Source of the DNA: an uncultured Nitrososphaerota archaeon
GTDB taxonomy: Archaea > Thermoproteota > Nitrososphaeria > Conexivisphaerales > DTJL01
DNA: 64,000 nucleotides
Reading direction: 5' to 3'
NCBI GenBank assembly: GCA_963842885.1
Contig: CAWJIE010000004.1
Span: 160,001 to 224,000 of the forward strand
Shown piece after piece: positions 37,078-46,712 of the stretch (position 1 is the stretch's first letter; each line of letters opens with the position of its first letter). The notes beneath the pieces were generated by a model. The model made no database searches. It saw only the letters and a list, made by a program, of their open reading frames with translations, and had not been told where the DNA came from. A program made the translations under genes and the position numbers.

Positions 37078-38257
37078 TACAGTATCTCCTCCCTGAGCTC
37101 AACCCATTCGTCTTGGCCCTCCTCGACCGACCTCGTGGTGACCAGCATGGCCTTCTTGACGTCCTCGACAGTGATGTCTCTGCCGCCCAGCCCAGCGATG
37201 AAACCTTTGACTTGAGGGGGTCTTCTGAGCCCGTAGAGGGCAGAGGTGAGTTCCGCGCGAATAATGCCGCCGAGTCCCAGAGAGATGTCCCTGTCTATGA
37301 CCGCCACGCCCTTTAGGTTGCCCAGGGCTGAGCGAAGAGCATCCTTGGGGAAGGGCCGTAGGACCCTGATCCTCGCCACGCCCGCGTCAATACCCTGCGA
37401 CCTCAACTGGTCGACGGCCTCTTTCGCTTCGCCCGCATGAGCCCCGGCGGCCACCACGGCATACTTGGCATCCTCCATGCGGTAGAGCTCGACCAGCCCG
37501 CCGTAGGACCTGCCGAAAGCTTCCTGGAACTTCCTGTCCACCTCGACTATCTTGCTCTCGGCCTTCTTCATCGCTTCCTCGAGCGAGATACCGGAACTCC
37601 ATGTGTCCATTCGGGGTAGGCCAGGTTCCCCATGGTCTTCGGCTCGTCAGTGTCCAGGAGGAAGCCTGGGACGCGGTTCTTCGGGAGGAAGGAATCGACC
37701 GCCTCCTGGTCGGGGACGTCGACGGGCACGGCCGTATGCGACACGATGAAAGCGTCGAGTCCGATCATGGCCGGCAGCAGGACGTCCGGGTCCTCCGCGA
37801 TCATGTAGGCCTGGATGACGCTGTCGAGGGCCTCTTGGTTGGTCTGCACCATCAAGGTGATCCAGCCTGTGTCCCTCTGGGCGAGGATGTCCGTGTGTTC
37901 CGACCATATCCCCCACGGAGGGCCGATGGACCGCGTTATCACGGCCATGACCATGGGGAGCCTTGCATAGCCGGCCCAGAAGACCATCTCGTTCATGAAC
38001 AGCAGGCCATGAGAGGAGGTCGCCGTGAAACAGCGTGCCCCGGCGGAGGCCCCGCCGACGCAGGCTGCCAGGGCGCTATGCTCCGATTCGACCCTCACCA
38101 GCTTGGCCCTGAGTTTGTCGGTGTCGACCAGTTCTGACAGCTTCTCTACGACGGAGGTCTGGGGCGTGATGGGATAGGCGGAGACGAGCTCCACCCGGGA
38201 AAGCGCTGCGCCATATGCGATGGCGTAGTTCCCCGACATGACCTTGTATTTGGGCAA
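37077..38257 (-). CDS. porA: 2-oxoacid:ferredoxin oxidoreductase alpha subunit; frameshift near 37600
   Basis: 'YPITPQT', 'ESEHSA', 'TATSSHG' in ORF 37568..38257 plus C-domain 'RVLRPFP', 'GLGGRD' in 37077..37610. Confidence 0.9.
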
Positions 38258-38260
38258 CTC

Positions 38261-38521
38261 TCACCCCTCCTTGACCATCGTTATCGCCTTGGGCGGGCAC
38301 TCGTTCATGCAGATGCCGCAGCCCTTGCAGTATTGGTAGTCGATGTAGACGACCTTTTCGCCGCGCCGAATGGAGCCCTCAGGGCAGTATATCCAGCAGA
38401 AGAGGCAGTTGATACACTTCGACTCGTCGAGAACGGGCTTCTCCGTCCTCCAGCTGCTGGTGTCGCCACCGGAGCCGAGCGTCGGGGTCGAGAACGGGAC
38501 GGCCTTGATTTTCAGTGTCAA
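38261..38521 (-). CDS. porD: 2-oxoacid:ferredoxin oxidoreductase delta subunit (2x[4Fe-4S])
   Basis: 'WRTEKP', 'CINCLFCWIYCP', 'YCKGCGICMNECP'. Confidence 0.9.
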   Translation of the reverse strand: MTLKIKAVPFSTPTLGSGGDTSSWRTEKPVLDESKCINCLFCWIYCPEGSIRRGEKVVYIDYQYCKGCGICMNECPPKAITMVKEG

Positions 38522-39085
38522 ATGGTCTTCGTCACATCCAAGAGCGTGAGATCGTAGGCCGTCCGTAGGGCGCTGCAGTTCTTCTCGCCCACCTCGCCCT
38601 TCCACGTGTCGGCGGTGGCCTGGAGCGCCGACTCCAACGAGGCCACACCGGTGGCCCTAATGACGGCGCCCACCATCGAAGCGTTGACGAATGGAAAGCC
38701 GGATATCACAAGCCCGTTATCCAGACGCAATCTTCGTCGCGTCGACGGCCAGCACCCGGAACTTCGCGTGTGGGGACCCTGGGGCATGAGGGGCGTTGAG
38801 GATGAGGAGACCCCCTTCCTTGAGTCCTGCCGTGACGTCCACTGTCTTCATCAGGTTGGGCTCGAAGACGGCCACTACATCGGGGTTGCTGGACTGTCCG
38901 TGGATTCGCACGGGGGAGTCGGAGATGCGCACTGTCGCAGAGACCGCCGCTCCCCTCCTCTCGGCTCCGAAGTATGGAGTGCTCTGCCCCCACTTCCCTT
39001 CGCGAAGGACGGCGTTGACGATGAGCTCGGCGGCGGTGACGATCCCCTGACCGCCCCGACCATAGAGCCGGATCTCAAGCAGCAA
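38518..39085 (-). CDS. porG: 2-oxoacid:ferredoxin oxidoreductase gamma subunit; frameshift near 38720
   Basis: 'EIRLYGRGGQG', 'FGAERRGA', 'VDATKIA' plus the 'NASMVGAV' fragment. Confidence 0.9.
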
Positions 39086-39217
39086 TCCGCGTTACCTGTC
39101 CCATGAGGGGCTGATGGATATATAAGCCCTCTAGGAATCCGGAGCAATACATACGAGGCTTAGCTTGAACCAACGCCACATGGCGAATTCGTTGATGGGT
39201 GTCTTGCCGACTCTCTG

Positions 39218-39420
39218 TCAGTGTCCGAAAGTGATATCCGCCGGCTCGAAGTCCTGAAGCCTTCCATGGTTGTACTCGTCGTATGCGCTCAGGTCGAGAA
39301 GGCCGTGGCCGCTCAGATTGAAGAAGATGGTCTTCTTCTCTCCCGTCCTCTTGCATTCCAAAGCCTCGTCGATGGCCACCCTGATGGCATGTGAAGACTC
39401 CGGGGCTGGGATGATGCCTA
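39218..39420 (-). pseudogene. C-terminal remnant of TrpB2 (tryptophan synthase beta-like)
   Basis: '[46 protein letters not shown]' is the TrpB2 C-terminal signature; the rest of the gene is absent. Confidence 0.85.
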
Positions 39421-39601
39421 TTATTGTACGCCATCTCCTTGTTTGGGTGACCCCGATTAGGTGGTCTGAATCCAGGCTCATTTCCCGTCGTTGCATGGTC
39501 GCCCACCGTCTCCTCCTCTTATTCTTGGGGCTCGAGGACCCCAAATTCGGCGCGGTTGGTGACGAATCAAGCGTGTAGATTTCGTGGTGACGTACTCGGC
39601 A

Positions 39602-40455
39602 TCAGCCTGAAATGAGGGACCTGAAGAGCAGGAGTATGTTCCGTCTTCCTCTCCTTCATCCTCCTCATTCCGTAAGGAAACCAGTTGGCGCCATAGGGGA
39701 GGTAGACGGAGAGGCTGTAGCCCTCGCTGAGAAGCTTCCTTCCCAGCTCCTCCCTGACCCCTCTGAGCATCTGGAACTCGAAGTTCGAAGCGGTCGCCGC
39801 CGGCGAGGCCCTTCGCCTCGTCTTGGAGCTTGTCGTCATGAGTCGCAATGGCGAAGAACGCCTTCTGGGCGAAGAGCTTCTTCATCATCCCGCTGTAGTT
39901 GTCCTTCACCTCCTTCTTGTCCTTGAACGCGACCGAAGCGGGCTCGTTGTAGGCGCCCTTGCAGAGCCTGACTTGTCCACCTTCCTTGACCAGGCGGTCG
40001 ATATCGCCGGAGGTACGCCGGAGGTACGCCTGGATGGCTATCCCCATCCGGTCATAGCCCTTGATTTCCTTCAGGTAGAGTTCTATCGTCTGCTCGGTGT
40101 AGGGCGAGCCTTCCATGTCGACCCAGAGGTATGTGCCGGACTTCTTCGCCCGCTCCACTATCGTGTGGAGGTTCTCCACAGCTCTCTCGAAGCCCATGGT
40201 CAGACCCAGCTGGGTGGGCTTGACGGAAACGCAGCCGTCGACCTTGTTCCGGTCCATCTGGTCGAAAATCGAGAGGTACTCGTTCTTGGTCTGCCCCAGC
40301 TCCTTTTCGTCCCTGATCTCCTCTCCTAGGAAATTGATGATGACCTTGAAACCGCGGCTGTTCATCTCCTTGGCGGTGGTCATGGCGTCTCCGAGGTTGG
40401 CCCCCGCGATGAAATGCTTGGCGATGGGGAGGAAAAGTCTGTCAGCAAGACCCAA
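39602..40455 (-). CDS. Monofunctional proline dehydrogenase; two frameshifts (near 39795 and 39640)
   Basis: 'HFIAG', 'SVKPTQLG', 'VDME', 'IQAYLRR', 'RLCKGAY.EP', 'ATHD', 'FEFQML.G', 'YLPYG..WFPY..RRM.ER'. Confidence 0.88.
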
Positions 40456-40636
40456 CTGGCTTCACTGAGTCTACCGACCTAGCCGTAGCTAGAAATACTT
40501 TGCTCGGCGGAGGGAGTCGAGAAGATTCTGAACAGGTTACAAAGCACTATTTAATCCAGTGATAATCCTGGCAGAAATCCACGTCAACTGTTGCGTGGCA
40601 GGGAAAGGTTATTATGGGATTTCGCAGTATATTTCA

Positions 40637-41167
40637 GTGGCGACGGTGTTGGACAAGAAACACTTGGACAAGACCGAATTGGGCATCCTCCGAGTGCTCA
40701 TCGACAACTCGCGAGAGACTCTTTCCGCGATCTCCGAGAAGACAGATACGCCGCTGAGCACCGTCAGGAACAAGTTCAACGGGCTTGTAGCCAAGGGCGT
40801 CATAAAGGGATTCACGGCGTTCCTGGACGTCAGGAAGATGGGGATGGTGGGCGCCGTGTTCCTGATCAGATGCGGCCGCAGCTACGACAAGGTGGTTGAC
40901 GCGGTGACCTCTCATCCCAACGTCGGATGGGTCATGGAGCTGGTGGGGGAGTATGACATCATCGGCGACGCGCTTTTCATGGATATGGATGAGATCTCTG
41001 GCTTCAAGGAATGGTTAATGAAACACGACGGAGTGATGGACGTCAGGATCGAGGTCCTGAAGAACTGGGTATCGGCTCCCAGGTTCCCCGCGCGTCTAAT
41101 CGACCTGTATAGGGAAACTTACTACGCCAGCCCGGCCTCGCCGGCTACAGAGAGCAAGCCTCAGTAG
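40637..41167 (+). CDS. Lrp/AsnC-family transcriptional regulator
   Basis: HTH 'LDKTELGIL...NSRETLSAISEK...STVRNK..L..KGVI' and 'GEYD' in the RAM domain; divergent from the proline dehydrogenase gene. Confidence 0.88.
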   Translation: MATVLDKKHLDKTELGILRVLIDNSRETLSAISEKTDTPLSTVRNKFNGLVAKGVIKGFTAFLDVRKMGMVGAVFLIRCGRSYDKVVDAVTSHPNVGWVMELVGEYDIIGDALFMDMDEISGFKEWLMKHDGVMDVRIEVLKNWVSAPRFPARLIDLYRETYYASPASPATESKPQ

Positions 41168-41168
41168 T

Positions 41169-41549
41169 CTAGGACGGCTTGCCCGTCATCATGTAGGTCC
41201 CGAAGGCCTTGGCGACGAGCTGGCCGCTTTCGTCTGTCACTTCACACTGGACGAAGGCGAGGTGGTCACCCATCTTGTCTACCTTTGAGGTAGCCGTCAG
41301 TATCCCCCTTCTGGCTGGCCGGACGAAGTTGATCTTGAACTCGACGGTGACCAGTGGCCTCTGCGCCGCCACCAGGCAAGCCAGACCCATTGAGTTATCC
41401 ACGAGGGTCGCGATGGCGCCACCGTGCGCTAGTCCGAGCTGGTTCAGGTGCCTCTGCTCCAGCGGGAGAGTCACGACCACCTTGTCGCCGACGACGTCGT
41501 ATCCCTCAAGGCCCACAAAGACCGCGAAGTTCGAAGGTTGGTCCGTCAT
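41169..41549 (-). CDS. PaaI-family hotdog thioesterase
   Basis: 'HLNQLGLAHGGAIATLVD', 'VTVEFKINFVRP'. Confidence 0.9.
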   Translation of the reverse strand: MTDQPSNFAVFVGLEGYDVVGDKVVVTLPLEQRHLNQLGLAHGGAIATLVDNSMGLACLVAAQRPLVTVEFKINFVRPARRGILTATSKVDKMGDHLAFVQCEVTDESGQLVAKAFGTYMMTGKPS

Positions 41550-41688
41550 GAGATTACGAGGTTTTGCCCAATTAGCCTAGAATAAAAGCATATGCGGAAT
41601 CGGATTCTCGGGTTCCGGCGCCAGTTCACAATTGACGCATGAGGTTCTTGAAAATCATATATATCGTCAGAGCGGAGAAAGGCGAGGC

Positions 41689-41996
41689 ATGGTATTCCCG
41701 CTGGGCGAGCTGGGGGACTACGAAATCAAGTTCAAACCAGAAAACGGGATGTTCAGGAAGTTGATCAGAGAGTTCTTCGAGAAAGAGGTGGAGCCTAGAG
41801 TCCCGGAGATTGAAGAGAACGACGCGGTGCCAGCCGACCTGTTGAAGAAGATGGGGGAGCTGGGGTCGTGATCGACCTACACATCGGGAGAATGCTGTGC
41901 GATGTGGAGATCAGCAAGGGATGCGAAGTTTCGAACGAAATACAGCGGCTTGTCATCATCAGGCAGACGATGGGCTTCGACCCGATGGGAATGTAA
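41689..41996 (+). pseudogene. Acyl-CoA dehydrogenase with a large internal deletion
   Basis: N-terminus 'FRKLIREFFEKEVEP...LLKKMGELG' is directly followed by a decayed C-terminus 'SNEIQRLVIIRQ'; lies upstream of etfBA. Confidence 0.82.
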
Positions 41997-42028
41997 GTAA
42001 TTAGGGTCATTGGAAGGTTCCATCGCCC

Positions 42029-42811
42029 ATGCTCAACATTGCCGTCCTCGTCAAGCATGTATACGACGAGAATCAGCTCAAGGTGGACAGGGGAAGTGGG
42101 ACGATAAGCTTCGAAGGCGTGCCCGGGAAGATCAGCGACTTCGACCGCTCCGCCGTGGAGGCGGCCCTGGTGCTGAAGTCAGCAGGCGGCGGTAAGGTGA
42201 CGTCGGTCACGTTGGGCCCAGAGGAGGCCGTCAGGTCGTTAAGGGAGGTGATGGCGATGGGCGTCGACCAAACAGTCCTGGTGAAGGAACAAGCCTTCTT
42301 CCGGCTGGATGCCGCGGCGACAGCCTCCGTCCTAATGAAGGCTCTGGAGAAGGCGGGCGGCTTCGACCTTCTGATCTGCGCCGAAGGCTCCGTCGATTCC
42401 TACACTTCACTGCTCGCGCCCATGCTGGCCGAAAGGCTACGCCTTCCGTTGGTGACGTATGCTCAGTCGTTGCAGGTCAGGGAGGGGTCGATGAGGGTCG
42501 AAAGAGTGCTCGAGAAGCGGATAGAGGTGGTCGAGGCCAGGCTGCCCGCCATCGTGACCGTCACGGGAGAGATAAACGACCCGAGGATCCCCACCCTGCT
42601 GCAGATAATGGGCGCCATGAAGAAGCCCATAGCCATGTTCACGCTTGCCGATTTGGGACTAGACCTGCAGAGCCTGACGGCGGGTGGCTACAGGCTCCTT
42701 GAGTACTCGGCGAAGTCCAAGGAGAGGCGCAAGGTGATATTCGATGGGACCGTCCCGGAGGCCGTCGCGAAGCTCGTAGACGCCCTGGTCAAGGACGGGC
42801 TGGTGAGCTGA
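42029..42811 (+). CDS. etfB: Electron transfer flavoprotein beta subunit
   Basis: 'VLVKHV', 'DRSAVEAAL', 'EINDPRIP'. Confidence 0.92.
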   Translation: MLNIAVLVKHVYDENQLKVDRGSGTISFEGVPGKISDFDRSAVEAALVLKSAGGGKVTSVTLGPEEAVRSLREVMAMGVDQTVLVKEQAFFRLDAAATASVLMKALEKAGGFDLLICAEGSVDSYTSLLAPMLAERLRLPLVTYAQSLQVREGSMRVERVLEKRIEVVEARLPAIVTVTGEINDPRIPTLLQIMGAMKKPIAMFTLADLGLDLQSLTAGGYRLLEYSAKSKERRKVIFDGTVPEAVAKLVDALVKDGLVS

Positions 42812-42812
42812 A

Positions 42813-43772
42813 ATGGCTGACATACTGTTCTATTCTGAGGAGGACGACCTCCTTCACGAGCTGGCTGGGCTGGCCGCAGGTCTGGCCGCACAAGCAGGAG
42901 GGAGGAGCTGCGCCGTGATGGTGGGCGAAGACAAGGCGGCGATGGCTTCCTCTATCGCTTCTGAAGGCGTCTCTGAGGTTTACCTGTTCAAGGCGACGGC
43001 GGTCGTCAGGGCGCACCCTGAAGCCGCTGCGCAGGCGCTGGCGGAAGCGTTAGCCATGCATCACTCCGCCTTCCTGCTTGTGGGATCGACGAAGGAAGGG
43101 AAGGTGGTCGCCGGGAGGCTGGCGGCGGCTCTAGGGGCGCCGGTGGCTTCCGACTGCGCCACCCTTCAGCTCACGGGAGAAGATTTGGTGGTGGAAAGGC
43201 CCAGCTATGGCGGGAGGGTGACCACCAAGGTCGCCCTTTCTGGCAGATATGTCGTCGCCTGCGTCAAGGCCCGGGCCTACCCTAAGGCCTCGCCCTCCGG
43301 CTCGGCAGGCAAAGTGACAGAGATCTCCTTCGAACCGGCGCTGACGACCTCCCTGATTGAAATCCTTGAAAGGCCGACGAGCAGTGTGGATCTGACTAAG
43401 GCCGAGAAGATAGTCTCTGTAGGCCGTGGGCTGAAGAAGAAGGAGGACGTCTCCATAATTCAGAGCCTGGCAGACGCCATGGGCGCTTCGGTGGGATGCT
43501 CTAGGCCGCTCTCGGCCGACCTAGGTTGGCTCCCCGAAGAGGCCCACATCGGGCTCACTGGCATCGAGGTCAAGCCCAAGGTTTACGTCGCCGTGGGGAT
43601 CTCGGGCCAGCTGCAGCACTTGGCGGGCGTCAAGGAGGCAGGCACCATAGTCGCGATAAACACGGACAAGGCAGCCCCGATATTCGCGAATGCAGATTAC
43701 GGCATCGTGGGCGACCTCTACCAGGTAATCCCAGAACTGGTCCACCAACTTGCAGCTTTAAGAAATAAATGA
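42813..43772 (+). CDS. etfA: Electron transfer flavoprotein alpha subunit
   Basis: 'VSVGRG', 'GCSRP', 'IGLTG', 'GISGQLQH', 'AINTD..APIF'. Confidence 0.93.
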   Translation: MADILFYSEEDDLLHELAGLAAGLAAQAGGRSCAVMVGEDKAAMASSIASEGVSEVYLFKATAVVRAHPEAAAQALAEALAMHHSAFLLVGSTKEGKVVAGRLAAALGAPVASDCATLQLTGEDLVVERPSYGGRVTTKVALSGRYVVACVKARAYPKASPSGSAGKVTEISFEPALTTSLIEILERPTSSVDLTKAEKIVSVGRGLKKKEDVSIIQSLADAMGASVGCSRPLSADLGWLPEEAHIGLTGIEVKPKVYVAVGISGQLQHLAGVKEAGTIVAINTDKAAPIFANADYGIVGDLYQVIPELVHQLAALRNK

Positions 43773-44045
43773 CTATATTGTTCAAAGTTTAGGATATCTG
43801 TTCAAGGGAACGTGTATCAAGTACTTACGTCTGAGATAGGAAAGTAGTAGTTTTGTCGATGACTGCCAGCCTAGGCGTCCTGAACGCAGACCATCAAGAG
43901 GAGGTCTTGGGCGAGCAGAAGCCCGCTACTCGGCACGTCCAGCTCTTGCCCGACGGAAGCCAGCAGGAGGTTGAGAAATCCGGCTTCACGAAGGACGTTA
44001 TGGTCAATAGCCACCGAGGATTACCACTTGAAGTGGTGATATAAG

Positions 44046-44119
44046 GCCGGGGGGTGGCATATGCCGCTTTGGCGGGGCATATGCCTCCGTCGTTCCCCGG
44101 CATACGCTAGCGTATGCCG
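44046..44119. repeat. Cluster of nested inverted repeats/palindromes
   Basis: GGCATATGCC at 44056 and 44076, outer GCCGGGG/CCCCGGC, and the perfect 22-bp palindrome CGGCATACGCTAGCGTATGCCG (44098-44119). Confidence 0.8.
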
Positions 44120-44250
44120 CCTACGACACCGATAAGTCCAGCCGTTGATATAGCAGACAGCGAACGCAGAAATGACTCTCCAGCTCAGGCTCGTGATGGA
44201 GAAGCGTGAAGCGGACGGGATTTTCACTTACTGGTTCGAATCTGCCTAGG

Positions 44251-46239
44251 CTATTTCCCCTTGAACTTGGGCTTGCGTTTCTCGAAGAAGGCTCCCAGCC
44301 CTTCTCCTACGTCCTCACTGCTGAACAAAGCGGCGAAGCTGGCGGCCTCAATCTCCGACCCTGGCCCGATGGGATAGGTGGCTGCGTTGATGGCCTTCTT
44401 GGCCGCGGCTATGGCCAGAGGAGGCTTCTCTGCGAGGGAAAGGGCGAAGGCTTCCACCTCATCAGCCAGCTTCGTGTCTTCGAACACGCCGTCCAGTAGG
44501 CCCATCTCCGCCGCTTGGCTCGCGGCGACTGTCTCGCCAGAGAAGATGAGCCTCTTCGCCCTTCCGGGTCCGGCCAAGCGGGTGACACGCTGGGTGCCTC
44601 CTGCGCCCGGAATGAATCCCAAGTTGACCTCGGTCTGCCCAAGCTTCGACGACGCGGACGCGAATCGCAGGTCGCACGCCAGGGCCATCTCCAGCCCTCC
44701 TCCCAAGGCGTAGCCTTGGATGGAGGCGATGACAGGCTTCGGAAGACCCTCGATAAGGAAGTTCAGCTCCTGGAACTGGCGCACCAGGCTCAGCACGTGT
44801 TGTGGGGAAGTGTCTTCGAGGAATGAGGCGAGGTCGAAACCCACGCAGAACGCTCGCCCTTCTCCCTTGAGCACGATGACCCGGACATCAGGGTCGCCCG
44901 CCGCTGCGCCCAGCGCCCCGGTCAACTCCTTCAACATGTCCGGGCTGACGGCGTTGAGCTTCTCTGGGCGGTTCAGAATCAAGTAGGCGATGGGTCCCTT
45001 CTTCTCCAGCAGGACGGTGCCTTGTTTCTTCTCGGCGGAGGCGGAATAGTCGAAGAAGCCCCTCCCGCTCTTGACCCCCAAGTGGCCCTCCGAGACGAGG
45101 CTCGAAAGGTATTCGCAGGGCACCAGCCATTCCTTCGCCGTCATTATATAGAGGGATTCCAGTGACGCCTTGACGACGTCTAGGCCCCATTCGTCGGCCA
45201 TCTTCAGCAGCCCCTTGGGGAACCCGAGGCCCAGGACGATGGCGGTGTCGACGTCGTTCGCGGTGGCGATGCGCTGGGAAACCAACCACGCCGCCTCGTT
45301 CACCGCGGGGGCCAATAGGTCGACGAAGTTGACCTTCCCGGCCTGCTCCATGGGGACGCGGGCGCGAGGCTCACCTGCAGAATATGCGTAGAAACCCTTC
45401 CCGCTCTTCACTCCCAGAGCCCCAGACCGCACCTTCTCCTCGAAGAGGGGGCTGGGCTCGATGTCATAGCCGCGCCGGGAGAGGGCCTTCTCCACGTCCA
45501 AGAGGACATCTAGGCCCACGTAGTCGGCAAGCTCGAATGCTCCCATGGGAAGGCCAGCTCTGAACTTCAAGCTCGAATCCACCTCGATGACCGACGCCAG
45601 CTTGAGCTGGACGAAGATGCTGGAGGCCGCCATGAGGCGGGCCATAATCCTGTTCACGATGAAGCCGGGGATATCCTGCTGCACGACGACGACCTGCTTG
45701 CCCAGCTTCTTGGAGAAGGAGACGACCGAGTCGACCGTCGCCTGGCTCGTCTGAGCGCCTTTGATGATTTCGACGAGGGCCATCATGACGACCGGGTTGA
45801 AGAAGTGCAGGCCCACCACCCTACCCGGCTCCGGGACCACAGCGGCGATTTCGGTGATTGGGATGCTGCTGGTGTTCGTGGCCAGGATGCTCTCAGGCTT
45901 GGCGAACTTGGCTACCTCTGAATAGACGGCACGCTTCAGTTCCAGGTCCTCGGGGACGGCCTCTATCACGAGGTCGGCCGATCTGACCGCCTCTTCAAGG
46001 CTGGTGGAGTAGGCGATGCGTGATAGGACCTTGTCGGCGGGCTCCGCGAGCTCGCCCTTCTCGGCCAGCTTCTTCACGCTCCAGGTGACCTTCTCCCTCG
46101 CTCTGTCGATGAACCTCTGCTCGACGTCCCTGACGACGACGTCGTAGCCAGCGATGGCGGACACCTCGGCGATGCCGTGGCCCATCGTCCCGGCGCCCAG
46201 GACCGCTATCTTGTGGATGCTCTCGAATGGTAATACCAC
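44251..46239 (-). CDS. Bifunctional 3-hydroxyacyl-CoA dehydrogenase/enoyl-CoA hydratase
   Basis: 'VLGAGTMGHGIA', 'IEAVPE', 'NTSS', 'GLHFFNP', 'PGFIVNR'; crotonase 'ALGGGLE', 'GQTE...PGAGGTQR'. Confidence 0.93.
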   Translation of the reverse strand: MVLPFESIHKIAVLGAGTMGHGIAEVSAIAGYDVVVRDVEQRFIDRAREKVTWSVKKLAEKGELAEPADKVLSRIAYSTSLEEAVRSADLVIEAVPEDLELKRAVYSEVAKFAKPESILATNTSSIPITEIAAVVPEPGRVVGLHFFNPVVMMALVEIIKGAQTSQATVDSVVSFSKKLGKQVVVVQQDIPGFIVNRIMARLMAASSIFVQLKLASVIEVDSSLKFRAGLPMGAFELADYVGLDVLLDVEKALSRRGYDIEPSPLFEEKVRSGALGVKSGKGFYAYSAGEPRARVPMEQAGKVNFVDLLAPAVNEAAWLVSQRIATANDVDTAIVLGLGFPKGLLKMADEWGLDVVKASLESLYIMTAKEWLVPCEYLSSLVSEGHLGVKSGRGFFDYSASAEKKQGTVLLEKKGPIAYLILNRPEKLNAVSPDMLKELTGALGAAAGDPDVRVIVLKGEGRAFCVGFDLASFLEDTSPQHVLSLVRQFQELNFLIEGLPKPVIASIQGYALGGGLEMALACDLRFASASSKLGQTEVNLGFIPGAGGTQRVTRLAGPGRAKRLIFSGETVAASQAAEMGLLDGVFEDTKLADEVEAFALSLAEKPPLAIAAAKKAINAATYPIGPGSEIEAASFAALFSSEDVGEGLGAFFEKRKPKFKGK

Positions 46240-46241
46240 TG

Positions 46242-46578
46242 TCAGCGTGCTCCCTTCAACAAGGAATTGAGGGCCATGGTCTTGAATATGTCCCCCTTTA
46301 TCTGCACCTTCCCCTGGAAGAAGGCCTTCGCGGCGTCCATCTGGCCGTCCAAGATGGCCTTGAGGTCTCCCGAGGATGTGGTGAGCGTGGCGGTGGGACC
46401 GGGATGGGTCCCCGACTCGACGCTGATGGAGGCGTTGTTCGCCCTGATACGTATAGGAGCCACCGTCGCTCAGCTGAAGGACGAATACCTGTTCGACGGA
46501 GGAGAGCTTGTCCTTGATCAGCGGATAGTTGGTCCGGGCTATGGACCTTATCCTTTCGAGCAGTTCGTCTGAAGCCAT
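46242..46578 (-). CDS. SCP2 sterol/lipid-binding domain protein; frameshift near 46460
   Basis: C-part 'TATLTTSSGDLKAILDGQMDAAKAFFQGKVQIKGDI' is the SCP2 signature; N-part lies in another frame from ATG 46578. Confidence 0.8.
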
Positions 46579-46712
46579 AGAGGCCAATTAGCGCTGTTAG
46601 GCATTTAGCCTTTTTGCAGCGACCAGATTCTGAGGTAAATCCAAACTGGCGCAGGGCATGAGGGAGAGCCGAAGCCAAACAATTTAAGCCGCTCGAGTCA
46701 TGGACGCTACGA

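Noticed and set aside
44251-46587. 778-aa SCP2-dehydrogenase-hydratase fusion in the ORF track
   Set aside because: The SCP2 C-terminal half with its own stop is in another frame; the fusion comes from an indel near 46460
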